A stretch of 64,000 nucleotides of DNA from a virus. Shown one piece after another: positions 48,185-56,846 of this stretch. The notes under the pieces were generated by a model. That model was not told the origin of the DNA, made no database searches, and saw only the letters and a program-made list of their open reading frames with translations. The translations under genes and the position numbers were made by a program. Where the stretch lies: IMG/VR virus record IMGVR_UViG_3300005613_000019, positions 33,992 through 97,991 of that record. One strand, written 5' to 3'. The stretch's first letter is position 1; every line of letters starts with the position of its first letter.

Positions 48185-48910
48185 TTATTCAGGTATCTGA
48201 CAAGTTGTTAAAACATTACTAGGCAAAGCATCTATTAAATGAGTATGCAACTCAATTGCAGGAATAAGGAGCGAGACACCCTGGTGTCTCGCTCCTATGG
48301 CCTGATTAATACCTATAACTTTACCGTTCCTATCAATCGTAGGACCTCCACTCATGCCTGGATTTAAATGGTTGTCTACTTGTATCCATTTAAATTTATT
48401 TGAAGAATTTAGTTGGTATTCTGTTGAAGATACTACACCCTCTGTTAATGAAAAGTTAAAAGGCCAAGGATGTCCTAAACTTAAAATATGTTCTCCTCGT
48501 TCTACTTTTCTATAAAATTCAAACTCAAGAAAAGGTAAAGCATGTGCCTTTATTTTTAAAATTGCAACGTCAAATTCTGGTAAAAGTACCTTTTTAACAA
48601 CCTCATAAGAACTACCGTTTTCAAACGTTACTTTAATTAACGGATCTATCAACTTTAAAGTTGAAACTATAACATGTACATTAGTTAATAAATACCCGTC
48701 AGATGTAATTACAAAACCTGTACCTATTGAGTATAGTTCTGGTGTTCCTGTAACGGACTCAAATACCTTTATTAAGCAAACGGATTGCATAGCCTTTTCA
48801 GCTACTACGGTCCATTCGGGGTTTACATTTACTTGAGGCATCGGTAAACACCCGTTTAATGAGAAAAGTAAAAAAATTGATAGGATTAAGGATGAGTTTA
48901 AATATTTCAT
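48185..48910 (-). CDS. Trypsin-like (S1C/HtrA-type, no PDZ) serine protease, lipoprotein
   Basis: Lipobox LNGC; GTGF, TNVH, DVAILK, NPGMSGGP. Confidence 0.9.
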   Translation of the reverse strand: MKYLNSSLILSIFLLFSLNGCLPMPQVNVNPEWTVVAEKAMQSVCLIKVFESVTGTPELYSIGTGFVITSDGYLLTNVHVIVSTLKLIDPLIKVTFENGSSYEVVKKVLLPEFDVAILKIKAHALPFLEFEFYRKVERGEHILSLGHPWPFNFSLTEGVVSSTEYQLNSSNKFKWIQVDNHLNPGMSGGPTIDRNGKVIGINQAIGARHQGVSLLIPAIELHTHLIDALPSNVLTTCQIPE

Positions 48911-48985
48911 AAAAACTCCTTTTGCAGGTAATGTAAAAACATTATACTATAATATACGGAGTTTTTATTAAAGTAATAAATAAAT

Positions 48986-49288
48986 TTATAAGGATTTAAG
49001 TATATTTTTAATATCTTCATCTACTTTAGGGTCTTCTAACATATCATTTATTAGGTTTTTAGCACCCTCAAACTTAATTGATACGTTATTTATCGGTGGT
49101 TTGTCGAATTTAGCTTCTAGGGTTACTAGATTGATTGTAAGTTCAGTAGGGCTAAGATCTTTCATAGTTTCTATAGCCATTTTATAAGCTAACTCTTTTA
49201 AAGCTTTTTGATTTCCTAAAAATATAGACCATCTTCCTAAGAAAAATACTATTATAAAAATAATACATATAAATAGAGTATTAAACAT
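48986..49288 (-). CDS. Membrane-anchored hypothetical protein
   Basis: N-terminal TM; AAGGAG RBS. Confidence 0.55.
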   Translation of the reverse strand: MFNTLFICIIFIIVFFLGRWSIFLGNQKALKELAYKMAIETMKDLSPTELTINLVTLEAKFDKPPINNVSIKFEGAKNLINDMLEDPKVDEDIKNILKSL

Positions 49289-49289
49289 A

Positions 49290-49490
49290 TTAGCTCCTTT
49301 TTTCTACGTCTTTAGGACACTCTGGGGGGTTTTCTGTTTTTTGATAGATAAGACCCGCTATAAAATAATCTCCATCCTTATATCTGTGTATTTCAGGTCT
49401 ATTATGTATATATCTAGCCGTCCAGACCCAATACCATCCAAAATCCTTTTTTTCTACTTTTTTGTTTTTTAAATACATAAAAGCTTTCAT
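49290..49490 (-). CDS. Hypothetical protein
   Basis: ORF with RBS. Confidence 0.5.
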   Translation of the reverse strand: MKAFMYLKNKKVEKKDFGWYWVWTARYIHNRPEIHRYKDGDYFIAGLIYQKTENPPECPKDVEKRS

Positions 49491-49517
49491 TATTAATTCC
49501 TTTCTTTTTAAATTATA

Positions 49518-49976
49518 TTAGTCAGTTATAATTACTCTCTCTTTAGGCCAATAAGGTAAAATCTTCTCCATTCGGTTTTTCATTCTTTTTATAGATTTAA
49601 AAGGAACGCTATGCACGTTCCGTTGCATAGCGTTCTCTACACTACACTCACATCGAACTATATCAATGTCGTCTGTATGATTCATATAAATTTGAGCATA
49701 TCGAATATAAGGCGACATTTCATGGAGCCTTATATTCGTATTATCTACTATTAACAATCCTATAATAGGATTTTTTAAAGAGTTAATAAACTTTTTGTAA
49801 CAATATTTGTGAGCTTGATCTAGTTTAGATGGATCAAAATTATAATTACAATTAGTATCAATAAAAAAGTCATCTGCGGAGCAGATGACTTTTGCATAAC
49901 CACTCGTAGGCTCAAGTTTATAAATATACGTAGACTTACCCGATCCAGGGATGCCCCTCATAATTACAATTTTCAT
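49518..49976 (-). CDS. P-loop kinase (AAA_33 / polynucleotide kinase-like)
   Basis: MRGIPGSGKST, CSADD, IVDNTN, RNVHSVP. Confidence 0.85.
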   Translation of the reverse strand: MKIVIMRGIPGSGKSTYIYKLEPTSGYAKVICSADDFFIDTNCNYNFDPSKLDQAHKYCYKKFINSLKNPIIGLLIVDNTNIRLHEMSPYIRYAQIYMNHTDDIDIVRCECSVENAMQRNVHSVPFKSIKRMKNRMEKILPYWPKERVIITD

Positions 49977-50038
49977 ATTAATTCCTTTCTTTAAGTTACT
50001 CTACTATATTAAGATTAATTCCTATAGAAGTCAAGTAG

Positions 50039-50215
50039 CTATTTTAAAATATTATCTTTTAAGACTTGAAGAAGTGTAATATTCATGTGATCCCAAACTT
50101 GTATAAATACTTTATCGACAACGTAACCACATACTTTTAGTGAATATTTTGTTTTTATCGTTTCAACAATTTTATTTTTTTGGTTTAAAACTATATTCTT
50201 TTTTAAATTATTCAT
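50039..50215 (-). CDS. Divergent xxQV-family microprotein (58 aa)
   Basis: MNNLKKNI...DKVFIQVWDH...QVLKDNILK. Confidence 0.55.
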   Translation of the reverse strand: MNNLKKNIVLNQKNKIVETIKTKYSLKVCGYVVDKVFIQVWDHMNITLLQVLKDNILK

Positions 50216-50235
50216 ATGAAATTATTCTTTACTTA

Positions 50236-50504
50236 ATCTTCTAAGTTAGACATAATCTCCCCCCAACCTGCCCCCCAACCTGCCACAAAATCTGATCCAA
50301 AACCTGTCACCTAACATGATCCCAAATCGGCCCCCAAAGTTGTTCCTTAACCTGCCACAAAATCTGCCACAAAATCTGATCCAAAACCTGTCCCCCAATC
50401 TGATTCCAAACCTGCCGCCTAACCTGCTCCTTAACCTGCTCCTTAACCTGATCCTTAACCTGATCCTCAATCTGATCTCTTATCTCTTCTTTTAAATTCT
50501 TCAT
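50236..50504 (-). pseudogene. xxQV-repeat copy with TGG>TGA stop (50307) and poly-G frameshift
   Basis: Sequence after the stop continues QVLDQILWQV; tail matches the 53927 copy out of frame. Confidence 0.65.
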
Positions 50505-50510
50505 CTGAAA

Positions 50511-50735
50511 TTATCCTTTAGTTGATTTTTTTAGATTCCCACTAACTTGCCGTAAAGCCTGATACCTAACCTGCTCCCAAACCTGCCGTAAAACCTGATA
50601 CCTAACCTGCCCCCAAACCTGCCGTAAAACCTGATACCTAACCTGCCCCCAAACCTGCCGTAAAACCTGATACCTAACCTGCCCCCAAACCTGCCGTAAA
50701 ACCTGATCTCTTATCTCTTCTTTTAAATTTTTCAT
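50511..50735 (-). CDS. xxQV-repeat microprotein with 36-nt perfect repeats and A7-slipped C-terminus
   Basis: (LRQVWGQVRYQV)x3+; A7 instead of A6 changes NQLKDNFR to KSTKG. Confidence 0.7.
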   Translation of the reverse strand: MKNLKEEIRDQVLRQVWGQVRYQVLRQVWGQVRYQVLRQVWGQVRYQVLRQVWEQVRYQALRQVSGNLKKSTKG

Positions 50736-50741
50736 CTGAAA

Positions 50742-50966
50742 TTATCCTTTAGTTGATTTTTTTAGATTCCCACTAACTTGCCGTAAAGCCTGATACCTAA
50801 CCTACTCCCAAATCTGCCGCCAAACCTGCTCCCAAACCTGCCGTAAAGCCTGATACCTAACCTGCTCCCAAACCTGCTCCCAAACCTGCCGTAAAACCTG
50901 ATACCTAACCTGCCCCCAAACCTGCCGTAAAACCTGATCTCTTATCTCTTCTTTTAAATTTTTCAT
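50742..50966 (-). pseudogene. xxQV-repeat copy with CAG>TAG stop at 50802
   Basis: Read-through gives the same tail as 50511-50735. Confidence 0.65.
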
Positions 50967-50967
50967 T

Positions 50968-51285
50968 TTATTTAGACTCTTTAAGAAGTCTGACCTTATT
51001 CTTAAGGTCAGACTCTCTATGATAAGCTTTTTCATAATCCATTAAATATTGATAAACTACAGGATTGTTATTTTTCATATTTTCTAAATGTCTCTCATCC
51101 CTTTTATACATTTTAGGATGACTTACATATCCGTAACTTGCCTCAGATACTGTTAATTTAAAAATTAAAAACTTTATTTTAAGATTTAATTTATAATATT
51201 CTTCTGCAATAGATACATGCTCTAAATTATTAATGTCAAATTTAACTCCGCATTTTGTAAAAATATCAGTATTTATGTTTTTCAC
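50968..51285 (-). CDS. Hypothetical protein
   Basis: GAGGAG RBS, GTG start. Confidence 0.55.
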   Translation of the reverse strand: MKNINTDIFTKCGVKFDINNLEHVSIAEEYYKLNLKIKFLIFKLTVSEASYGYVSHPKMYKRDERHLENMKNNNPVVYQYLMDYEKAYHRESDLKNKVRLLKESK

Positions 51286-51287
51286 TT

Positions 51288-51494
51288 TTACTCCTCTTCA
51301 TTAATGTTCCAAGTTATAAAACCATCCTCTTCTTCTTCTTCTTCTTCTTCAAGTTCATATTTATAATTTTCAATATAAATACGAACTCTTTCTTTAATTT
51401 CTTCTTTGTCTTCAGTTTCTTCATGTATAAAAGGATATTGAAAAAGACCTTCCTCTCCTTCAATTTCGTCAAATAAATTAAATATCTTTACCAT
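51288..51494 (-). CDS. Very acidic small protein
   Basis: Poly-Glu; GGAGG RBS. Confidence 0.6.
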   Translation of the reverse strand: MVKIFNLFDEIEGEEGLFQYPFIHEETEDKEEIKERVRIYIENYKYELEEEEEEEEDGFITWNINEEE

Positions 51495-51512
51495 GCTGAT
51501 TCCTCCTTAATA

Positions 51513-51902
51513 TTAAATGTATATTCCTACCGTTTTAGCTAAATAATAAATTTGTAAATGATTTATGTTAATTACTAGATATAAAAAGTTAAGTAAAAAT
51601 ATAAAAATATTAAGACGTTTTTTAATTTTATAATTACTCTTTGAATAACTATCATATAAAATAATAGTGAAACCTATAAGTATACTTATCTTAGTAATTA
51701 TAAAAAGATTTGGGTCTAGTTTCAGAAGGTAATCCATTAAGGGATTACCTTCTGAAACTACATAATACCCAGTATCTAATTTTAAAATAATGTTTGATAA
51801 AACTGTAAAATAATAGGTAAATCCAGTGTCGATTAAATTTAAAATATTTAAAACTACTAACTGAATACTTAAACACTTTTTAGTATAAAATTTATTTAGC
51901 AC
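51513..51902 (-). CDS. DUF5658-like membrane protein
   Basis: LNLIDTGFT...EGNPLM..LL...FIITKI. Confidence 0.7.
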   Translation of the reverse strand: MLNKFYTKKCLSIQLVVLNILNLIDTGFTYYFTVLSNIILKLDTGYYVVSEGNPLMDYLLKLDPNLFIITKISILIGFTIILYDSYSKSNYKIKKRLNIFIFLLNFLYLVININHLQIYYLAKTVGIYI

Positions 51903-51960
51903 CTATAAATCCTCCTTTAACTTTTATATTACATAAATCTGTTGGATATGTCAATAAAAA

Positions 51961-52503
51961 TTAAAAAGGCTTTTTAAAAGATTTGTAATGAATAGCTCCA
52001 CCACATGTTATACAACTATGTATCGAAGCTTCACACGCTAATTGTACAGATGTTTTAGCGTCTAAACCTAAAGACTTACAGGTGTATAAAGCTCCCATTG
52101 CAACCTCCTCACCTGTCCCTGAAGCATAAAACCCAGTCTCTATTGTATGAATCTGAAAATCATCCTCTATGGTAAAAATACCGTGTGGAGAAACTATTAT
52201 AATAGAAATGTTTGGATAATTATCTTCATTTCGGGGGTTAACCAAAAATTCGTAGGATCTTACTATATTAATTAATTCATCTCTAAATTTACGTAAGTCA
52301 TTTAAATCTCTGATTTCGTTAGGAAAACATTCATATTCTTCTAATACGTCACCTACCCTGTAAGAACCGGCATTGCTTAATGTGTAATTTTTTTTAGAAA
52401 TTAACTTAGATCCAAATTCAATTTTTAAGTTGTCGTAAGATCCTAAACTATCCGTTGCAATGCATACTTGATTTGTATCTTCTGATGCTGCTATTATTGT
52501 CAT
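51961..52503 (-). CDS. HslV/proteasome-beta-like Ntn-hydrolase
   Basis: Thr after Met (MTIIAA), ATDS, SGTG..VAMGAL, CGG. Confidence 0.75.
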   Translation of the reverse strand: MTIIAASEDTNQVCIATDSLGSYDNLKIEFGSKLISKKNYTLSNAGSYRVGDVLEEYECFPNEIRDLNDLRKFRDELINIVRSYEFLVNPRNEDNYPNISIIIVSPHGIFTIEDDFQIHTIETGFYASGTGEEVAMGALYTCKSLGLDAKTSVQLACEASIHSCITCGGAIHYKSFKKPF

Positions 52504-52672
52504 CTATAACCTCCTAGTTATATAAACTTTATAAATATGATGTTTAACTAATACTTTTGTTAATTTAAAATTTAAACCTTAAAATCTGAATAATAGAAGC
52601 CTTTACCTTGATGTTTAGTAATATAAACAGAGTAAAGTTATAGACTTCGTCTGCAAATTTGTTATGCTTATC

Positions 52673-52708
52673 GAAATATACCTCCAGCTTAAGCTGGAGG
52701 TATATTTC
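52673..52708. repeat. 36-bp perfect palindrome
   Basis: gaaatatacctccagctt|aagctggaggtatatttc. Confidence 0.95.
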
Positions 52709-52722
52709 TTATTTTAAATTCT

Positions 52723-52908
52723 TTATTTGAAATTATCCTTTAATTTATTTATAATAAGCCATCTAGCCTGACTCCAAACTTGCCATTTAACCTGACCCCA
52801 AACCTGATCCCAAATATTATCTCTGATATTTCTTTTAACCTGCCACCAAATTATCTCTTCAACCTGCTCTAAAATGTAATCTCTTATTTCATATTTTAAA
52901 TTCTTCAT
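52723..52908 (-). CDS. xxQV-repeat microprotein (isolated copy coupled to a protease gene)
   Basis: MKNLKYEIRD...LKDNFK; ATGA overlap with 52905-53480. Confidence 0.7.
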   Translation of the reverse strand: MKNLKYEIRDYILEQVEEIIWWQVKRNIRDNIWDQVWGQVKWQVWSQARWLIINKLKDNFK

Positions 52909-53480
52909 TCTAAAACAATCCTTTTAATTACTTTAAAACTTATATGCCTGGACCCTGAAAGGCTGTGTATACCTACTACACAACTTCTAGATCCTTCGTT
53001 TTTAAAAATAGGAACACCTGAATATCCAGGCATTGTCCTAATGCTGGATATTATAAAATCCCCCCTTATGTTATTTATCTTACCTAACTTTTTATAATAT
53101 TTTCCATTCTTGTAAAGTATTAAATATACTGAATCACCATAATTGACGGTATTACATAATTTTAACGGCTTATTGAATTCATTAACCCTTAATATTACTA
53201 AGTCTTTATCGTAAGATGTCTTTTCAATATTAACTACAGTAATAATATTACCCCTACTTATTATTACTATAGGTTTACCCTTGTCCCTGTTCTTAATTAT
53301 ATGATAAGAAGTTAATATTAAATCCTTATCTATATAAAAACCCTCACCTTTGAAAGACCCTCCACCTTCCCTGGAAACAATTACCTCAACTATAGAATAA
53401 CCATCGTAACTATATACACTATTAGAAATTATTAAACATATAGTAAAAATTAAAACTCTTGAATACACCTTAATACTCAT
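52905..53480 (-). CDS. Trypsin-like serine protease with signal peptide
   Basis: GEGFYI, TSYH, DLVILR, PGYSG.PI, VVGIH. Confidence 0.8.
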   Translation of the reverse strand: MSIKVYSRVLIFTICLIISNSVYSYDGYSIVEVIVSREGGGSFKGEGFYIDKDLILTSYHIIKNRDKGKPIVIISRGNIITVVNIEKTSYDKDLVILRVNEFNKPLKLCNTVNYGDSVYLILYKNGKYYKKLGKINNIRGDFIISSIRTMPGYSGVPIFKNEGSRSCVVGIHSLSGSRHISFKVIKRIVLE

Positions 53481-53538
53481 TACTTCTTATGAATTATATA
53501 ATATTCATTATCTTTTATTAAACCGTTTCTAATTAAAT

Positions 53539-53618
53539 AAGCATCAATGTCAAGCTCCGTCTTGACATTGATGCTTCCTCTCCTTAAAACTAAACGCTTT
53601 ATAAAGCGTTTAGTTTTA
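53539..53618. repeat. Two adjacent inverted repeats (16-bp arms; 34-bp perfect palindrome)
   Basis: aagcatcaatgtcaag/cttgacattgatgctt; taaaactaaacgcttta|taaagcgtttagtttta. Confidence 0.9.
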
Positions 53619-53648
53619 TTTTTATAAATATCTACTAAAAATAAAATA

Positions 53649-53712
53649 TCAGAAGACATAATATTTCTCCTCTAAAACTTGATTCCTTATTTCTTTTTTT
53701 TAAATTCTTCAT
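53649..53712 (-). pseudogene. Truncated xxQV-family remnant (A8 slippage)
   Basis: ATGAAGAATTTAAAAAAAAGAAATAAGGAATCAAGTT; ATGA-coupled to the upstream copy. Confidence 0.55.
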
Positions 53713-53930
53713 CTGAAATTATTATTTATTTGATCCTCTAATTTAGACCAAACCTGCCACCAAACCTGCCACTCAACCTGCCAAAAAACATGATCCTTAA
53801 CCTGCCACCAAACCTGCCACTCAACCTGCCAAAAAACATGATCCTTAACCTGACACAAAACCTGCCACCAAACCTCTCCCTTAACCTGATCCCTAACTTG
53901 ATCCCTTATCTCTTCTTTTAAATTCTTCAT
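53709..53930 (-). CDS. xxQV-repeat microprotein
   Basis: 48-nt internal duplication KDHVFWQVEWQVWWQV. Confidence 0.75.
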   Translation of the reverse strand: MKNLKEEIRDQVRDQVKGEVWWQVLCQVKDHVFWQVEWQVWWQVKDHVFWQVEWQVWWQVWSKLEDQINNNFR

Positions 53931-54124
53931 CTGAAATTATTATTTATTTGATCTTCTAAGTTAGACATAATCTCCCCCCTAACTTGCCAAAAAACCTGCC
54001 ACAAAACCTCCCCCCTAACTTGCTCCAAAACCTGATCCCTAACCTGCTTCAAAACCTGATCCCAAAGCTGATCCCTAACCTGATCCCTAACTTGATCCCT
54101 TATCTCTTCTTTTAAATTCTTCAT
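53927..54124 (-). CDS. xxQV-repeat microprotein
   Basis: MKNLKEEIRDQV...LEDQINNNFR. Confidence 0.75.
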   Translation of the reverse strand: MKNLKEEIRDQVRDQVRDQLWDQVLKQVRDQVLEQVRGEVLWQVFWQVRGEIMSNLEDQINNNFR

Positions 54125-54414
54125 CCTAAATTATCCTTTATTTGATCCTTTAATTTAGATCTAACCTCCGGATTGACCTGCCTCTAAACCTGCCACCCAA
54201 CCTGCTCCTTAATATTATCCCAAACCTTCCACCCTACCTTCCACCAAGTCTGCCCCCAAACCTGCCTCTTAACCTGCCACCCAACCTTCTCCTCAACATG
54301 ATCCTCAACCTGCTCTTCAATATTATCCCAAACCTGCCACCCAACCTTCTCCCTAACATGCTTCCAAACCTGCCACCTAACTTGATCCCTTATCTCTTCT
54401 TTTAAATTCTTCAT
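54121..54414 (-). pseudogene. xxQV-repeat copy with in-frame TAG at 54184
   Basis: Read-through gives RQVNPEVRSKLKDQIKDNLG* with ATGA overlap at 54121-54124; AAGGAG RBS. Confidence 0.65.
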
Positions 54415-54935
54415 CTTAAATTGTACTCCTTAAACTTATTCCCGAAACATTAACAAAACTTTTACTAAATTTTATAATACCTCGGTGCATTAGGGCACGA
54501 GACAATCCTATATCAATTATTATGCATCATTGGAGAAGCCTTGTCAAGACCTTTTATATCTTTATTTGTTGATAACTCGGGAAATGACTACTCTAACTAA
54601 TTCTAGCTCATTAAACCTCTAATAAGTACTAACAAGTAAAGAGGGACCCAAACTACGTTTGGGTCCCTCTACATCTATAAAGGGTGAGACACATCTTGAT
54701 AATATCTTTTGTAATATTTTTTTATATGACATTTTTGATGAAATATTGATGTGATTTTAATATTAAGGCTCTATATCGCTACGCGATATAGAGCCTCTTT
54801 GGTAGGAGCATTACTCAAAAAAGTAAACCTGTATTTTAAAAAATGGTCTTTTTTAAAAGAGGGTAAAAGCAACCCCCATACCCAGTGGGGTCCCCTCGTT
54901 GGACGGACCCCCCTATACCCGATATATCGTAGTCC

Positions 54936-55084
54936 AATCTATATCATACGGAATCCGTATGATATAGATTGACTCCTGATATATATTCCGTATGATATAG
55001 ATTGACTCCTGATATATATTCCGTATGATATAGATTGACTCCTGATATATATTCCGTATGATATAGATTGACTCCTGATATATA
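54936..55084. repeat. 33-bp tandem repeat x4 preceded by an inverted copy of its 5' part
   Basis: tccgtatgatatagattgactcctgatatatat at 54954, 54987, 55020, 55053. Confidence 0.95.
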
Positions 55085-55203
55085 GGATTATAAGCTAGTC
55101 TAAAGCTAGTCTAAAGCACTAAACGTCTTATCTATACTCTGATACTCAATTAGGTTTAAACTGGATTGTAACGAATGCTAGGTAGGATTGAATTGAATGA
55201 AGG

Positions 55204-55674
55204 TTACTTACTATTAGAAGTTTGACCTATCATACATAGGGCCATAATAAGAGCAAAAATCCACCAAAAAATATCATGCAATTTAGCTGCTAACGTTTTC
55301 GGAAAACAAAATGATTGAACAGTCCAGACCACAAACCATAACAGAGTATTACTATGTTCACTCCAATTATGATCTATACTATAGTCCTTAATCCAGTACC
55401 AAGCAAAGATCATAAATACCACGGAGCCTATATGTTTTAATCCCGCGATACCTGAACTATCAGTCTTTTGTATACGGAGTTTAGGTATTGAGATTATGAT
55501 CATACGGATTGCCCTGTATAACAGGGCAATCCCTTTGCAAACAGTCTTCACAGTCCATTTCAGGACTGTGAAGACTGTAACGATTACCTTCCAAGTCAAA
55601 ACAATACCCTTCCAAAGCAGTTTGAAAAACTGCTTTGTTTTTGACGGTTTTGTCTTTGTCTTTGTTTTTGTCAT
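55204..55674 (-). CDS. Membrane protein
   Basis: Several hydrophobic helices. Confidence 0.6.
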   Translation of the reverse strand: MTKTKTKTKPSKTKQFFKLLWKGIVLTWKVIVTVFTVLKWTVKTVCKGIALLYRAIRMIIISIPKLRIQKTDSSGIAGLKHIGSVVFMIFAWYWIKDYSIDHNWSEHSNTLLWFVVWTVQSFCFPKTLAAKLHDIFWWIFALIMALCMIGQTSNSK

Positions 55675-55688
55675 AGTCTTATCCCTAT

Positions 55689-56474
55689 TTATCTGGAAAA
55701 AACTTTTCCTTCATGGTCATACAGATCAATCGAACCCAAGTCTTTTGCAATTTGTGTCAACCCTTTTCCAAAATCGTTCCATTTACCATCCCAAAATCCT
55801 GCTCCGTGATTATTTTGAGTCAACCATAGGTCATAACCAAACTGTTCTTCAGTATTGCCGGTTTTATACATCGCCATGGCGATGTAAAACCGGTTTTGTT
55901 CAATGCAATCCAGAACGGATTCAGTCAACGTTGACTTTGACTCGGAGTCAAAGTCAACGTCTGGATCGTAATCGTCGTCAAGATTCTCGGTCATGTTCCC
56001 GTCTTCATCGTCTTTTGGAGTACTCCAAAAAGCACATTCGAAATAAGCGCTCAAGAGTTCATCGATATTAATTTCATCGTCACCTTCAAAATCAAGAATG
56101 CTCAACTTGTCTTTCAGGTGACATTCTTCCAAAGATTCAATCCAATCGTAAAATTCTTTTGGATTAACCGTAAAAACTTCACCGTTAAACGTTTCGGTTA
56201 GGGTATCATATCCTTCTTTTTCGAGGGTTTCATATCTTTCATCCTGTTCTTCACTTGTCATTTGACCCATGAGATGATCTTCTAGACATTCAAATGCGGC
56301 TTCCAAAGCTTTGTATTCGGATCGATCTGATATTGCAATAGCAGCGCCGGGAACATATCCTGATCCATCATGAACAACAGCAACACAAACAGTGTCTTCA
56401 AACAGATCAACAAACTGATCATCGTTAACCGTTAGCAAGCAAACATCTTTGAGCATATTTTTCATATTTTCCAT
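55689..56474 (-). CDS. Acidic phage early protein
   Basis: YFECAFWS...GYDLWLTQNNHGAGFWD motif; RBS present. Confidence 0.65.
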   Translation of the reverse strand: MENMKNMLKDVCLLTVNDDQFVDLFEDTVCVAVVHDGSGYVPGAAIAISDRSEYKALEAAFECLEDHLMGQMTSEEQDERYETLEKEGYDTLTETFNGEVFTVNPKEFYDWIESLEECHLKDKLSILDFEGDDEINIDELLSAYFECAFWSTPKDDEDGNMTENLDDDYDPDVDFDSESKSTLTESVLDCIEQNRFYIAMAMYKTGNTEEQFGYDLWLTQNNHGAGFWDGKWNDFGKGLTQIAKDLGSIDLYDHEGKVFSR

Positions 56475-56521
56475 TTTCTTTTCCTTTTTTGTTAGGCCAG
56501 TTTTTCTGGCCTATTTATAAT

Positions 56522-56767
56522 TTAACCACGTACTTTATTTGCGCAACTCCTAATTAAAATATTCTTAATATTATTTAGGCATTACTTTTGCATGAAAATT
56601 ATTATGCAATCTTTATACCCAATAAAATAAAATAAAAATGATAGTTAACCACGTACTTTATTTGCGCAACTCCTAATTAAAATATTCTTAATATTATTTA
56701 GGCATTACTTTTGCATGAAAATTATTATGCAATCTTTATACCCAATAAAATAAAATAAAAATGATAG
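56522..56767. repeat. 123-bp exact tandem duplication in a divergent intergenic region
   Basis: 56522-56644 = 56645-56767. Confidence 0.9.
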
Positions 56768-56846
56768 CTTACCCCTTGACCTATCAGGCACCGAATGGTT
56801 ATATTATCAGTAACAGGGCAAAGCCCACCGAAAAGGAGCCAAGCAA

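Noticed and set aside
50802-50804. TAG (or TGA) stop-codon reassignment
   Set aside because: Long genes are intact under code 11, and TAG ends capsid, scaffold, portal and terL at sensible positions. In-frame stops are confined to xxQV copies.
44440-54414. CRISPR array or DGR explanation for the xxQV clusters
   Set aside because: The intervening segments are 120-250 nt, internally repetitive and in-frame coding. No cas or reverse transcriptase gene is in the window, and variation is not restricted to adenines.
54954-55084. Mini-CRISPR
   Set aside because: The 33-bp units are directly adjacent with no spacers.
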